The notes under the pieces are model-generated. The model was not told the DNA's origin. It did no database searches and worked only from the letters and a program-made list of their open reading frames with translations. The translations under genes and the position numbers were made by a program. This document shows, piece by piece, positions 1 to 9,331 of a stretch of DNA of 64,000 nt. This DNA comes from a virus: IMG/VR virus record IMGVR_UViG_3300025876_000005, positions 72,643 through 136,642 of that record; one strand, written 5' to 3'. The first letter of the stretch is position 1. Each line of letters opens with the position of its first letter.

Positions 1-1
1 T

Positions 2-1441
2 AGAGACCCAAACATTCTTTACAAGTGGGCAGATATTCTAAGCGTACAGAGACCTCAAGTTATTTTCCAAGGTAAATTGTCAGACTACCAGAAAGAAGAT
101 TTGGTTAAACTTTTAGAAATGAGCGAAACTCAATTCAAGAAAGAGTTTACAGACGCTTCTTTTACTAGAAAGATCTATAATATCTTTAATAAAGGCTTGA
201 ACTCAACAGGTCTTAATCTAGATTTAGAAAAAGACATTGACTCTTTAATCTTAAACTTCTTTGACGGTAAGTCAGTTAAGAACTTTAAGCTTGAGAGATT
301 TGACAAGGCTGAAAGAGACAGCCGCAATCCATCTGACATGTATCAGATCTCAATCTTAGATCTAGTAGAATACATCTCACAATACGATATTCCTAGCATT
401 GAACTTAAAGAAGATGATACCGACATAAGGTACATCGAACTTATTTCAATCCTATTTAACTCATATGTAGAAAAGCACGCAACAAAATATATTGGTGCTA
501 GCTTTGACTCAGCAGACTTTGCACAAGGCGAAGAGTTTGCACTCAATACTACATTTATTAAAAACGAAAAGACACTATCACTGGTTCAGAAAGATGTTCT
601 AGCAGAGCTTTACAAGATTGCGCTGGGTTCATTTAGAAAGAAGAGAACTAAAGAGACTGATATTATCAACGCTGCTTTAATGGAGCAGATCAACGAGATC
701 GTTGCTAAGATTGAAGCTCTAGTGATGGGCGAAACAAACGAAGGCGACGTTATGAACTTCAACACCTATCTAAAGACACAGAATTTACAAACACAAGTAA
801 GCCCAATTACTGAAGCATTAACTGTTAAATATGCTGAACAAGGCAAGAAGCCTGTTAACATGTTCGTGGGTAGATTTCAACCATTTACGCTTGGACATGC
901 TAAAGTGATTGAGACGATTAGTAAGCAGAATGGATTCCCAGTAGTTATTTTTCTAGTAAAGGCAAAAGCTAAAAAGAAAGAAGATGCTTTTAAGAGACCT
1001 TATGATGAAGATCTACAGATTGAGATGCTAAACAAATTAAAGTCAAAGTACCCAATTAAGGATGTATATGTAATTGAAGGTTCTGCTGGAATTGATAAAA
1101 TGTTTAACGCAATGAGAGGAGATGGATATGAACCAGTGCTTTGGGGAACAGGAACTGATAGGATGAAAAACTATGGATTTCAAGTAAACAATCAACAATA
1201 CAGAGAGGATCTAGGAGTTAGAGCAGACTTTGGCCTGTTTGAGATTCCAAGAACCGGCAAGAATATTTCAGCAACGCAGGTTAGAAACGCAATGCTAGAT
1301 GGTGACGAGAAGCTCTTTAAGAAGCTAACTCCGAAAGAGATACATTCTATGTATGGTGATTTAAAAGACAAACTAGAGGCCTCAATGGCAACTAATGAGT
1401 CAACCATTATGACCTTCGATCAATTTACAAAGAATATATAA
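2..1441 (+). CDS. Nucleotidyltransferase (cytidylyltransferase-like, HxGH) domain protein, 5'-truncated by the window edge
   Basis: Frame is open from base 2, upstream of the track's TTG at 77. C-terminal FVGRFQPFTLGHAKV matches the GRFQP..HxGH motif; ISATQVR matches the SxT/SxxR motif. Confidence 0.75.
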   Translation, partial: RDPNILYKWADILSVQRPQVIFQGKLSDYQKEDLVKLLEMSETQFKKEFTDASFTRKIYNIFNKGLNSTGLNLDLEKDIDSLILNFFDGKSVKNFKLERFDKAERDSRNPSDMYQISILDLVEYISQYDIPSIELKEDDTDIRYIELISILFNSYVEKHATKYIGASFDSADFAQGEEFALNTTFIKNEKTLSLVQKDVLAELYKIALGSFRKKRTKETDIINAALMEQINEIVAKIEALVMGETNEGDVMNFNTYLKTQNLQTQVSPITEALTVKYAEQGKKPVNMFVGRFQPFTLGHAKVIETISKQNGFPVVIFLVKAKAKKKEDAFKRPYDEDLQIEMLNKLKSKYPIKDVYVIEGSAGIDKMFNAMRGDGYEPVLWGTGTDRMKNYGFQVNNQQYREDLGVRADFGLFEIPRTGKNISATQVRNAMLDGDEKLFKKLTPKEIHSMYGDLKDKLEASMATNESTIMTFDQFTKNI

Positions 1442-1460
1442 AAAAACAAAAGATAAAGAA

Positions 1461-3905
1461 ATGGCAACAGTAACAATGGACGCAATGGACCCTAAATCAA
1501 AAGGTCTAGCCAAACTACTTAAGAAGAATAAAGTAAAGATGGAGATCTTAACGATGAGAGGCCCTTCAGGCTGGCCTGAGGTTGAACTAACTGGTAAGAG
1601 AGAAGATCTTGAAACAGTTTTAGCCGACGGTGAATATGGTTGGGATGACCCAGAATTAGCTGAGTACATTGAAGAAAGTGCTGATGTTAATGAGGCAAAG
1701 ATCACTCTCAAGAGACGTTACACTGAGAATCATCCAGCAGTTACAGTTGGTAAAGCAGCTCGTATCAGAAATAAAATGCTCGAAGCAATTGCTGACGGAG
1801 CCCTTACTGAAGAAGAGTTTAACAATATCTTAAGCGAATACTCTGCAAACGCAAAACAGTGGATGAAGAGAAACGCTAGATTCTTTAACGTATCTGAAGA
1901 AGGTATTGCACTTTCTAAGTTTGGTAAGAAAGCGCTTTCTGCAGTTGTAGTTAACGAAGAAGAATCAGTTACTGAATCAGAAGCTGAAAACATTTTAGAC
2001 GATCTTTTAGATGAGAGAGGCGGAGATATGGGAGAATTACATGGAATGGAAATGGAAGATGCATTAGATACAGTCGAAGCATACGGACATAAAGGTTCTA
2101 AAGCAAAAAAGATTGCACAGGAATTACATTCTTTATGTAACGAATCAACAGTTACTGAAGCTAAATTCGTAAAAGATTTTAATAGAGATGTTTTAAACGC
2201 GAAAACAAAAGAAGAAGTTTTAGAGCTTTATCCAAACGCTGAATTCTTTATCGGTAAATCAGATCATTTCTTTGGAGAGTTTGATGAAAATTTATTCTTT
2301 AAAGCATACTATACAAAAGGACAAAAAGAATTTGAAATCAAATCAGTTTATTCTGAAAAAGGAAGCAACTATGTTCATTTATACAATGAATCAGTAGTTA
2401 CTGAAAACTATGAAGTTATCTATAGTGATGGTGTAAGTGCTATGAAAAAATTCAGAAATGAAAAACAAGCTCTTGACTTCATGAAGCAAACCATTGCTTC
2501 TAATAAAAAACTAAGGGATATTGCAGTTTACAAACCAGGAATGTATTCAACAACTCAAACTGAATTAGTTGTCTCTTTTTGGGGAAATGGTTCTTACTTA
2601 GACAACGTTTCTAAGAAAGATCCTAAACTAGCGGCTAAAAAATTAGAGGAATCAGAGTATGTTGAAGAAGGTCGTAAGTTTGTAGCTGCTGCCAAGAAAG
2701 CTAAAGATGCTGGTGACGAAGAGTTTGAATTTAACGGCAAGAAGTTCCCGGTGACTATTAAAGAAGGAAATGCATTTGGTGCAGCAAGAGCTAAAGCAAT
2801 TGCTGATGGTAAAGATGAGTTTACAGTTGACGGAGAAACTTACAAGGTAAAATCAGTTGACAAAGAAGACAAAGAGAACGCTGAAGAATTTAAAGGTGAG
2901 TCTTTTATCATCGAGTCTTTCTCTAAGTTTGTAGAAAGCCTTAACGAGTCTGAAATGCTTACAGAAGCATTCAAGTCAATGAAGCTTGCACAACTGCTAA
3001 CACCTAAGAAGAAAACAAACTGGGATAAAGGTCTTGCTCAAGAGTTCTATAACTACACTCAAGTTAAACTAGATAAGGTTGAAGACCACGACCTGTTAGA
3101 AATAGATCCACAGACTGCTTACAAGCAAAAAGGTGGTACTAAAGTAAAGTTCTTCTTAATCGACAACGAAAAGCAGAGTCCTTACACTGACGATAACTCT
3201 GACGGTAGAATCCAACCAGGACTAATTGCAGTCTTAAACGGTAACAATGATTTTATGGGAGCTGTTTATAAAAGATTTAGCAATGAAAAAGGTAGAGTCT
3301 TAACTAAAACTGATAAAGCGGATTCACTTGGTGTTGACAAGAGAAGAAAGGGCTACGGCGCTACTGGACTTTCAAGTGCTAAGAGAATTGCTGACTTTGC
3401 AGATAGAGCAATCGTAATCGATATTGACATCTTAAGACAGAGATATTCAGCTCAACAACAAAAAGATTCAAGAACTGCTGCTAAGAAAGGAGCTATTGCA
3501 TTTAAGACGGACAAAGAGTTTAAAGCTGAGAATATCGCAAGATACAACGAGATCTTAGCTAATAAGGCTGCAGCACTGCCACTTGATAAAATGGTTAAAG
3601 GTGCAATCGACAAACTCGCTGATCAGATTAAAGAAGGTGTAGCTAAAGGCGAAAAAGGACGTTACGGCGACATTATCATTGGTAAAAACTCAAAAGGCCG
3701 CGAAGCTAAAATGAGAGATGCTTCTAACCACATGAGCAATATCCTAGATGACTATGGCAGATATGTACAATATATTGCTGATGGTGAAAAGGAGAAAGAA
3801 GACTGGGGTGAAGAAAACTCATACTACGCTAGAGAGGCAAAAACATATGCTAAGAACATTAAAGACAAGATCAACCAGATTGATACCTTTGATTATGCTT
3901 GGTAA
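1461..3905 (+). CDS. Large modular putative head-internal polyprotein (814 aa)
   Basis: Modules are separated by recurring NES/V-T-E segments resembling gp21 cleavage sites. The N-terminal domain is shared with an insertion in the protease-scaffold gene. GAATATATA late-like motif at 1432. Confidence 0.5.
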   Translation: MATVTMDAMDPKSKGLAKLLKKNKVKMEILTMRGPSGWPEVELTGKREDLETVLADGEYGWDDPELAEYIEESADVNEAKITLKRRYTENHPAVTVGKAARIRNKMLEAIADGALTEEEFNNILSEYSANAKQWMKRNARFFNVSEEGIALSKFGKKALSAVVVNEEESVTESEAENILDDLLDERGGDMGELHGMEMEDALDTVEAYGHKGSKAKKIAQELHSLCNESTVTEAKFVKDFNRDVLNAKTKEEVLELYPNAEFFIGKSDHFFGEFDENLFFKAYYTKGQKEFEIKSVYSEKGSNYVHLYNESVVTENYEVIYSDGVSAMKKFRNEKQALDFMKQTIASNKKLRDIAVYKPGMYSTTQTELVVSFWGNGSYLDNVSKKDPKLAAKKLEESEYVEEGRKFVAAAKKAKDAGDEEFEFNGKKFPVTIKEGNAFGAARAKAIADGKDEFTVDGETYKVKSVDKEDKENAEEFKGESFIIESFSKFVESLNESEMLTEAFKSMKLAQLLTPKKKTNWDKGLAQEFYNYTQVKLDKVEDHDLLEIDPQTAYKQKGGTKVKFFLIDNEKQSPYTDDNSDGRIQPGLIAVLNGNNDFMGAVYKRFSNEKGRVLTKTDKADSLGVDKRRKGYGATGLSSAKRIADFADRAIVIDIDILRQRYSAQQQKDSRTAAKKGAIAFKTDKEFKAENIARYNEILANKAAALPLDKMVKGAIDKLADQIKEGVAKGEKGRYGDIIIGKNSKGREAKMRDASNHMSNILDDYGRYVQYIADGEKEKEDWGEENSYYAREAKTYAKNIKDKINQIDTFDYAW

Positions 3906-4008
3906 ACTTAAAAAAGTATTCTTTGAGTATTGGATTAAACCGTGGTACTCATTGTAATATTTACTATAATAATGTGCATATAAAATTATTAAATAAATCT
4001 AACAAAAA

Positions 4009-4497
4009 ATGAAACATGTAAAATTATTCGAACAATTTCTAAATGAGGATGTTAAAGTTAAAGGTAATATCTCAGAAGAAACAGCTAATGAATTGCTTGA
4101 TTTTCTAAAACGGGCTATCGGTAAAAAATTAAACTGGAAAGAATTTTCAAAATGGCATGGTGGAGCTGCTCAATTAGGTAAAAAATCACCAGCACAAAAA
4201 AAGTTCTTAGAAGCCAATTATGAATGCGAGATTGTAGATGTTACAATGCGCTACTTACCTAAGTATAAAAATGCTCAGTATTCAGTGTCATATCTACAAA
4301 ATACATCATGGCATGGCTCTCCGCATGTCAAAGAAGCGCCACTTTTATTATATAAAGATGATCCTAATTGGACACCAGAGGAAGGCGATACTAAAGATAG
4401 GGCTTTAGAAAAAAGTCTTGAAAGGTACCATGACGAAAGGCAATGGGACAGATTTTCAGATATAACTAGAATAGGTCGATTCACGCCCTATTTATAA
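4009..4497 (+). CDS. Hypothetical protein with capsid-targeting-like N-terminus
   Basis: Starts MKHVKLFEQFLNE; A-rich leader. Confidence 0.6.
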   Translation: MKHVKLFEQFLNEDVKVKGNISEETANELLDFLKRAIGKKLNWKEFSKWHGGAAQLGKKSPAQKKFLEANYECEIVDVTMRYLPKYKNAQYSVSYLQNTSWHGSPHVKEAPLLLYKDDPNWTPEEGDTKDRALEKSLERYHDERQWDRFSDITRIGRFTPYL

Positions 4498-4526
4498 TAG
4501 GTCGATTCGATGTTCATTAATTCAAT

Positions 4527-5285
4527 ATGCCAAGTACTTCAAAAGCACAACAGAGACTAATGGGAATGGCTTACGCTTATAAAAAGGGTGAGCTTGATGC
4601 CAAAGAGGCTAGCCAGGAGGTAAAAGACCTAGCAGACTCTATGACATTAAAGCAGCTTAAGAAGTATGCTGCAACAAAACATGAAGGACTACCAGACAAA
4701 GTGGACGACAATCTTCAACCAGGAGATGTTGGTGGAATGGGACCAATCAAATTCCCAACAGCAACTGAGACCGGTTCTGGTGATGTTCCTGCAGGCCAAG
4801 GCGATGCAGAAGAAGAATATAAAAAGAAACGTAGAAAAATGAAACACTTAAAGAACTTTGAACAGTTTATCAATGAATCTCAATTCGCTGATGATAGTAC
4901 TTCTAATCAAGATGCTAAGTTAAGGCTAAAAGAACGTACAGAACTAACAAAAAAATTAATTAAGGCAACCGGGATTACAACATGGGAAGTAGACTATAGC
5001 CATGGTTTTTTTACCATGAATACAAAGACTAAAGGAAATACCGGAACTGAAATATTTGGAATAAAAGATTTGGATTATAGTTTTACTTGGAGAATTCTTA
5101 ACTCTGACGATTATGAACCATTGGCACCAAAAGAAATGCAGATAGTCGCACAACCAACAGACGGCAGCGGAGGTCGTACCAAACGCAATTGGTATGTAAC
5201 AAAAGGTAATGTTGCTACAATTGATGATGTTATAAAAGCAATGTCAAACTTAGAGGTAGGTAAATCTGGTTGGAAACAAGCATAA
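4527..5285 (+). CDS. DUF3008-like N-terminal domain followed by an internal capsid-targeting motif (possible second start at 4839)
   Basis: MPSTSKAQQRLMGMAYAYKKGE...SMTLKQLKKYAATKHEGLP resembles DUF3008. In-frame ATG at 4839 gives MKHLKNFEQFINE. Confidence 0.55.
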   Translation: MPSTSKAQQRLMGMAYAYKKGELDAKEASQEVKDLADSMTLKQLKKYAATKHEGLPDKVDDNLQPGDVGGMGPIKFPTATETGSGDVPAGQGDAEEEYKKKRRKMKHLKNFEQFINESQFADDSTSNQDAKLRLKERTELTKKLIKATGITTWEVDYSHGFFTMNTKTKGNTGTEIFGIKDLDYSFTWRILNSDDYEPLAPKEMQIVAQPTDGSGGRTKRNWYVTKGNVATIDDVIKAMSNLEVGKSGWKQA

Positions 5286-5302
5286 AACAATAAAATAAAA
5301 AA

Positions 5303-5716
5303 ATGAAACACTTAAAGAACTTTGAATCCTTTCTTAATCCAGGATCTGAAAACGCAGTTTATGAAAAAATAAAATTCGGATCTTACTACTTTAATAAAGG
5401 ACAATTTAGTGAATTCGATCTACCTGCTAAAGGAGAAACTGCATATGCTTTGATTGCACATAATACCGTTGAGGTTAACAAACAATCCATGTATTTAAGA
5501 TCTGAAGGAGATATGAACATTGGTGCTGGATTTAGACCTACGGTACTTGCCGTTGCTGAAGATGAAGCATCGATTAAAGCAGCATATGATACACAACTAA
5601 AAGTTGGAGGAACTGGTGCAAATCTTTCTTTCTCATATGGGACTATTACAGTTAAGGGTAATAATGTACCATTTACAGAGATTGGCGGCCATTTGGCAAA
5701 AGGAAATATAAAATAA
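5303..5716 (+). CDS. Hypothetical protein with capsid-targeting-like N-terminus
   Basis: Starts MKHLKNFESFLN. Confidence 0.6.
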   Translation: MKHLKNFESFLNPGSENAVYEKIKFGSYYFNKGQFSEFDLPAKGETAYALIAHNTVEVNKQSMYLRSEGDMNIGAGFRPTVLAVAEDEASIKAAYDTQLKVGGTGANLSFSYGTITVKGNNVPFTEIGGHLAKGNIK

Positions 5717-5720
5717 AAAA

Positions 5721-6239
5721 ATGAAACATCTAAATAACTTTGAATCTTTCGTAAACGAATCATATGACGGTAACATGTCAGACTTTAAATATGAGTTTCC
5801 AATGAAGTTTGAAGAAGTAACAGGTAATCCAGAAAAAGCTATCAAGAGAATCACTAAGAGCGGTAAAGGTTATGAAGTTAGAACCTCAACTTACATGAGT
5901 GAAGATGAAATGAAAGCTGTTGGTGCTGCAATGAACTTGGATCTAATCAGTTATAACAAAGGTAGCAACGTTGCAATTACAGTTTATGAGTCTAAAGTCA
6001 ACGAAGAATACATTGAACTTCCAAGTCTTGATGTACCTGCAACTGAATTGATTGATGCATTTAGACAATGGTATAAAGACACCGCAGATAACTGGGAAGA
6101 CTTTAAAGAAGACATGGCTGAAGATTCAGTTGATGAAGCAGCTAAGAACGCACAGATGGAAATCTTAGCTCACCTTTCTAATGAGATGAATGACATTATC
6201 AAAGACAGAAAATTTAAGGTTAGAGCAGACTTCAAGTAA
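5721..6239 (+). CDS. Hypothetical protein with capsid-targeting-like N-terminus
   Basis: Starts MKHLNNFESFVNE. Confidence 0.6.
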   Translation: MKHLNNFESFVNESYDGNMSDFKYEFPMKFEEVTGNPEKAIKRITKSGKGYEVRTSTYMSEDEMKAVGAAMNLDLISYNKGSNVAITVYESKVNEEYIELPSLDVPATELIDAFRQWYKDTADNWEDFKEDMAEDSVDEAAKNAQMEILAHLSNEMNDIIKDRKFKVRADFK

Positions 6240-6267
6240 GATTGTTAACAACTTTTACAAAATAATT

Positions 6268-6298
6268 AGCCTGAGATTTTTTAGTCTCGGGCTTTTTT
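6268..6298 (+). terminator. Intrinsic terminator
   Basis: AGCCTGAGA / TCTCGGGCT stem followed by a T-run. Confidence 0.7.
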
Positions 6299-6315
6299 AT
6301 TATATTTACACTGTA
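6296..6315 (+). promoter_or_regulatory. Host-type (Bacteroidota-like -7) early promoter
   Basis: TTATATTTACACTGTA matches the 3' part of four other copies of the motif, but lacks the upstream TGTCAA. Confidence 0.55.
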
Positions 6316-6333
6316 ATTAAAACAAAGAACAAC

Positions 6334-6606
6334 ATGAACTACAAGAATTTTAACCGCCACGAAGTTTTTAACTGCGAAGATTTAGACAATGTTCGAGAAG
6401 CCATTAAAAATCTGGGCGAAAAAGAGAAGGCATTTACTTCTATCGAAAACAGTCTTTGGGGACTCTATGACGGTTACCTTTACGAAGGTCTCGATGAAAA
6501 ACTTTACCAAATCTTAGACTTCAAGGTTTTTTGTAACCTTACTAAGACTCTTAAGAAGATTGAAGATCATATTAAAGCTAACGGAGAATCAGTTACATTA
6601 GTCTAA
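6334..6606 (+). CDS. Hypothetical early protein (90 aa; start re-assigned from 6190)
   Basis: ATG at 6334 follows the promoter and an A-rich leader; the longer ORF overlaps the upstream gene and terminator. Confidence 0.6.
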   Translation: MNYKNFNRHEVFNCEDLDNVREAIKNLGEKEKAFTSIENSLWGLYDGYLYEGLDEKLYQILDFKVFCNLTKTLKKIEDHIKANGESVTLV

Positions 6607-6624
6607 CCTTTAAATTATAAAATC

Positions 6625-6942
6625 ATGCAAGTAGCAGATCAAATGCAAGCAGTACGCAAATTAGTAGAGGGCTATTATAAAGACTCATTAGTATGGGACT
6701 ACACAATGCCACCAATGACATCTGACCAAGGTCAACATATAATCCAGATTGGTACATCCATACTCTGTACAAAATGGGGCATTGGTTATTCAGGAGGTAG
6801 CTTTGTACAGGCTGTGGTTGACAATGACCTAATGGCAGCTGTGGGCAGAGCAGATGGCACAAATATTAAGATGCTGCCTTTCTACTGCAAGTTAATCTAT
6901 AACGTCGGTATGCCAATGGAGCTTGCTGAGCTTCAAAAGTAA
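6625..6942 (+). CDS. Conserved-looking phage hypothetical protein
   Basis: 105-aa ORF with GGSFVQAVVDNDL..A..RAD..N pattern. Confidence 0.55.
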   Translation: MQVADQMQAVRKLVEGYYKDSLVWDYTMPPMTSDQGQHIIQIGTSILCTKWGIGYSGGSFVQAVVDNDLMAAVGRADGTNIKMLPFYCKLIYNVGMPMELAELQK

Positions 6943-6959
6943 ACAAACCACGTAGAACC

Positions 6960-6996
6960 AAGCGGGGCAACATCAGAGCGCGTTGCCCCGCTTTTT
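6960..6996 (+). terminator. Intrinsic terminator
   Basis: AGCGGGGCAAC / GTTGCCCCGCT stem followed by a T-run. Confidence 0.8.
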
Positions 6997-7010
6997 AGTA
7001 TAGATATACT

Positions 7011-7036
7011 AAACAAAGTAGTACTTCACCATATAA
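7011..7036 (+). promoter_or_regulatory. Middle-type promoter AAAC-N17-TATAA
   Basis: AAAC at 7011, TATAA at 7032; same spacing at several other intergenic sites. Confidence 0.65.
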
Positions 7037-7051
7037 CATCTAAACAAGAAT

Positions 7052-7384
7052 ATGAGCGATTTAATAGACAACATCTTAGAACAAGCAGACCAAATCATTA
7101 ACCACAGATCAGAAGAAAAGAACCGCCAATACGGTCCTTTCGAAGAAGGCATGCGCAGAGCTGCGATGATCTGTTCTGGTATGACTGGTAAGCAATTCAC
7201 AGGAGCTGACATGTACGCCGCACTTGTTGCTCTTAAACTGAGCAGACACTCTTATAACTACAAGCAAGATAATTTGCTTGATGCTGCAGCTTATATCGGT
7301 GGCCTGGATAACTACATCCAAAAGTACGGCTACAAAGAGACAGAAAAACCACTAGAAACAGGCGACGCAGATGCAGGAATTTAA
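7052..7384 (+). CDS. DUF6378-like / nucleotide-modification-associated helical protein
   Basis: ILEQADQII..R...QYG.F...M..LKLSR......DNLLDAAAY pattern. Confidence 0.6.
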   Translation: MSDLIDNILEQADQIINHRSEEKNRQYGPFEEGMRRAAMICSGMTGKQFTGADMYAALVALKLSRHSYNYKQDNLLDAAAYIGGLDNYIQKYGYKETEKPLETGDADAGI

Positions 7385-8450
7385 GTACTTTACAGATTAT
7401 GAGCAAGACCACTCAATTAAGATTGGTATTGCAGCACTAGTTGGCAAATTAAGCCCAAAGGATAGTTCACATAAGTCCGGCTGGGCTTTCATGCTTTGTA
7501 ATCAACTCTGGCATGCTGGTTTTAAGAATGCTGAAGTTATTACAGAGGTCAACGTGGATTGGTCAGACTATGACGTAATCCTGATTGAACATGGTATGGA
7601 GTTTAAAGGTGCTTTCAATATCTTTGGCGGAGCCAACGATGATCTTTATCATCAGCTTAATCGCCTCTTTGTAGAAGGTGTAAGATTCTACAGTCTACAC
7701 CATGATATGCCAGCTGTTAATGAACTAATTGAGAAACGATTAAAGACCGGTTCAGATCTATTCAAAACGCTTGAGACAAGGATTGACGAGGCTAAAACAA
7801 TATGCAGCCAGATTCCAAGAGTGGACCATATCGAGAAGACAGATAAACTCTGTTTTGGTGATAGCCACTCTTTCAGCCAGTATACACCAGGTTATATGTG
7901 TGATCGCAACGACGGTCTAACACTCTTCGGCACTCTAAAGCGTGGCATGGAAGAATGCGTTTATCCTTGGACTAAAGAACTTAGAGTCTATCTAGGCAAC
8001 ATCGATATTAGACACCACTTAATGCGTCAAAAAGATCCAGAATCTGCATTAGAAGGTTTAATGCAGAACTATGAAGGCGAACTTCTAAGAATGCAGGAAC
8101 GTGGTATAGAAAAGATCGAGATTGTACAGGCTTTACCAATCGAGAATGAGTCTAGAGCCTTACCGAAGACCGGTTATTATAAAGGCACTCCTTTCGCTGG
8201 ATCGTGGGAAGAACGCACTCACCTAGTTAATACCTTTAACTGGTATGTTAATGAGATGGGAGAACGTAATGGCTGGCAAGTATGGAAACACCCTGACGTT
8301 TATCTAAATTCTATTGGCGAATTAGACTTTGAAGTAATGGAAAAACCTAAATCAGTCCATATCGCTAGAAAATATTATAGATGGGATTTAACTAACAATG
8401 TACCTAATTCAAACCTAGAGAGTAGAGTACAATCAAATGCACTTTTTTAA
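7371..8450 (+). CDS. Protein with C-terminal SGNH/GDSL-like domain
   Basis: CFGDSHS block I and YLGNIDIRHH block III-like motifs. Confidence 0.5.
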   Translation: MQEFKYFTDYEQDHSIKIGIAALVGKLSPKDSSHKSGWAFMLCNQLWHAGFKNAEVITEVNVDWSDYDVILIEHGMEFKGAFNIFGGANDDLYHQLNRLFVEGVRFYSLHHDMPAVNELIEKRLKTGSDLFKTLETRIDEAKTICSQIPRVDHIEKTDKLCFGDSHSFSQYTPGYMCDRNDGLTLFGTLKRGMEECVYPWTKELRVYLGNIDIRHHLMRQKDPESALEGLMQNYEGELLRMQERGIEKIEIVQALPIENESRALPKTGYYKGTPFAGSWEERTHLVNTFNWYVNEMGERNGWQVWKHPDVYLNSIGELDFEVMEKPKSVHIARKYYRWDLTNNVPNSNLESRVQSNALF

Positions 8451-9319
8451 TGGAAAATTTAATGGAAAATTTAATGGAAAAACGAAGTATTAATGAAAGA
8501 GTACTTATTACAGTAACGGGTACTTGGGCACCATCACATGCTAAAAATTGGATGGAATGTGAGATGACATGGGTTAGTAAACTAAGAGAAAAGGGCTTTG
8601 ATGTTGTCTATCTGGTGTCAAACCCACACTTAGATAAACCTTACGAAAGAGTTGGTAATTTCTTCTTTGTAAACTGTAAAGATGATCTAGATTCAATCTA
8701 CCTTAAGAATCATTACTACGTCTCACAATATGTGAATAACGATACTGATTATGATTACAGATTTCATACAGATAGTGATACTTTTATTCACCCTGAGCGG
8801 TTTGTCGACCTACTAGAAGAATATGTTGATGAAAATCCTAAAGATTGGGTAGGCTGTACAATACCTTATCCAGGCTTTAATACATGGACTTTAAATAAAT
8901 GTGAAATATTACCCGGAAACTGGAACAATATCTCTTATTTTGCAAGCGGTGGTTCAGGCTTTTTATTGTCAAATAAAGCTATGCAAATACTGGTTGATGA
9001 GCTTGACTACGATTCTTATATTAATAAGACTAATCAAGAACCATGGGGTTCAGATAAATTATGGGCATGTGATCTAATAGCAGGCCACTTCCTCTATAAG
9101 AATGGTATTAACCTATGGCATGATAGCCGAATTCTTTTCGAATCAAAATACCATCCTGTAATGGCTGATCCGCATGGTGTTGGTCGACCCTTCGTGGGTG
9201 ATAGAGACTCATTTATGACCGTTCAACACTATTGCAACGGCCATATGCGTGAAATCATGGAAATGCTCTATGGTAAAGACTGGGATAAAACTAAGATCTA
9301 TCATGGCCATGACCGATAA
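8450..9319 (+). CDS. Glycosyltransferase, GT-A fold (Fringe/GT31-like)
   Basis: RFHTDSDTFI DxD motif and FASGGSGFLLS motif typical of Fringe/galactosyltransferases. Confidence 0.65.
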   Translation: MENLMENLMEKRSINERVLITVTGTWAPSHAKNWMECEMTWVSKLREKGFDVVYLVSNPHLDKPYERVGNFFFVNCKDDLDSIYLKNHYYVSQYVNNDTDYDYRFHTDSDTFIHPERFVDLLEEYVDENPKDWVGCTIPYPGFNTWTLNKCEILPGNWNNISYFASGGSGFLLSNKAMQILVDELDYDSYINKTNQEPWGSDKLWACDLIAGHFLYKNGINLWHDSRILFESKYHPVMADPHGVGRPFVGDRDSFMTVQHYCNGHMREIMEMLYGKDWDKTKIYHGHDR

Positions 9320-9331
9320 CAGAAAGAAGAT

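Noticed and set aside
4470-4508. 13-nt direct repeat AATAGGTCGATTC at 4470 and 4496
   Set aside because: Only two copies and no associated element; could be a local duplication scar, with no function supportable.
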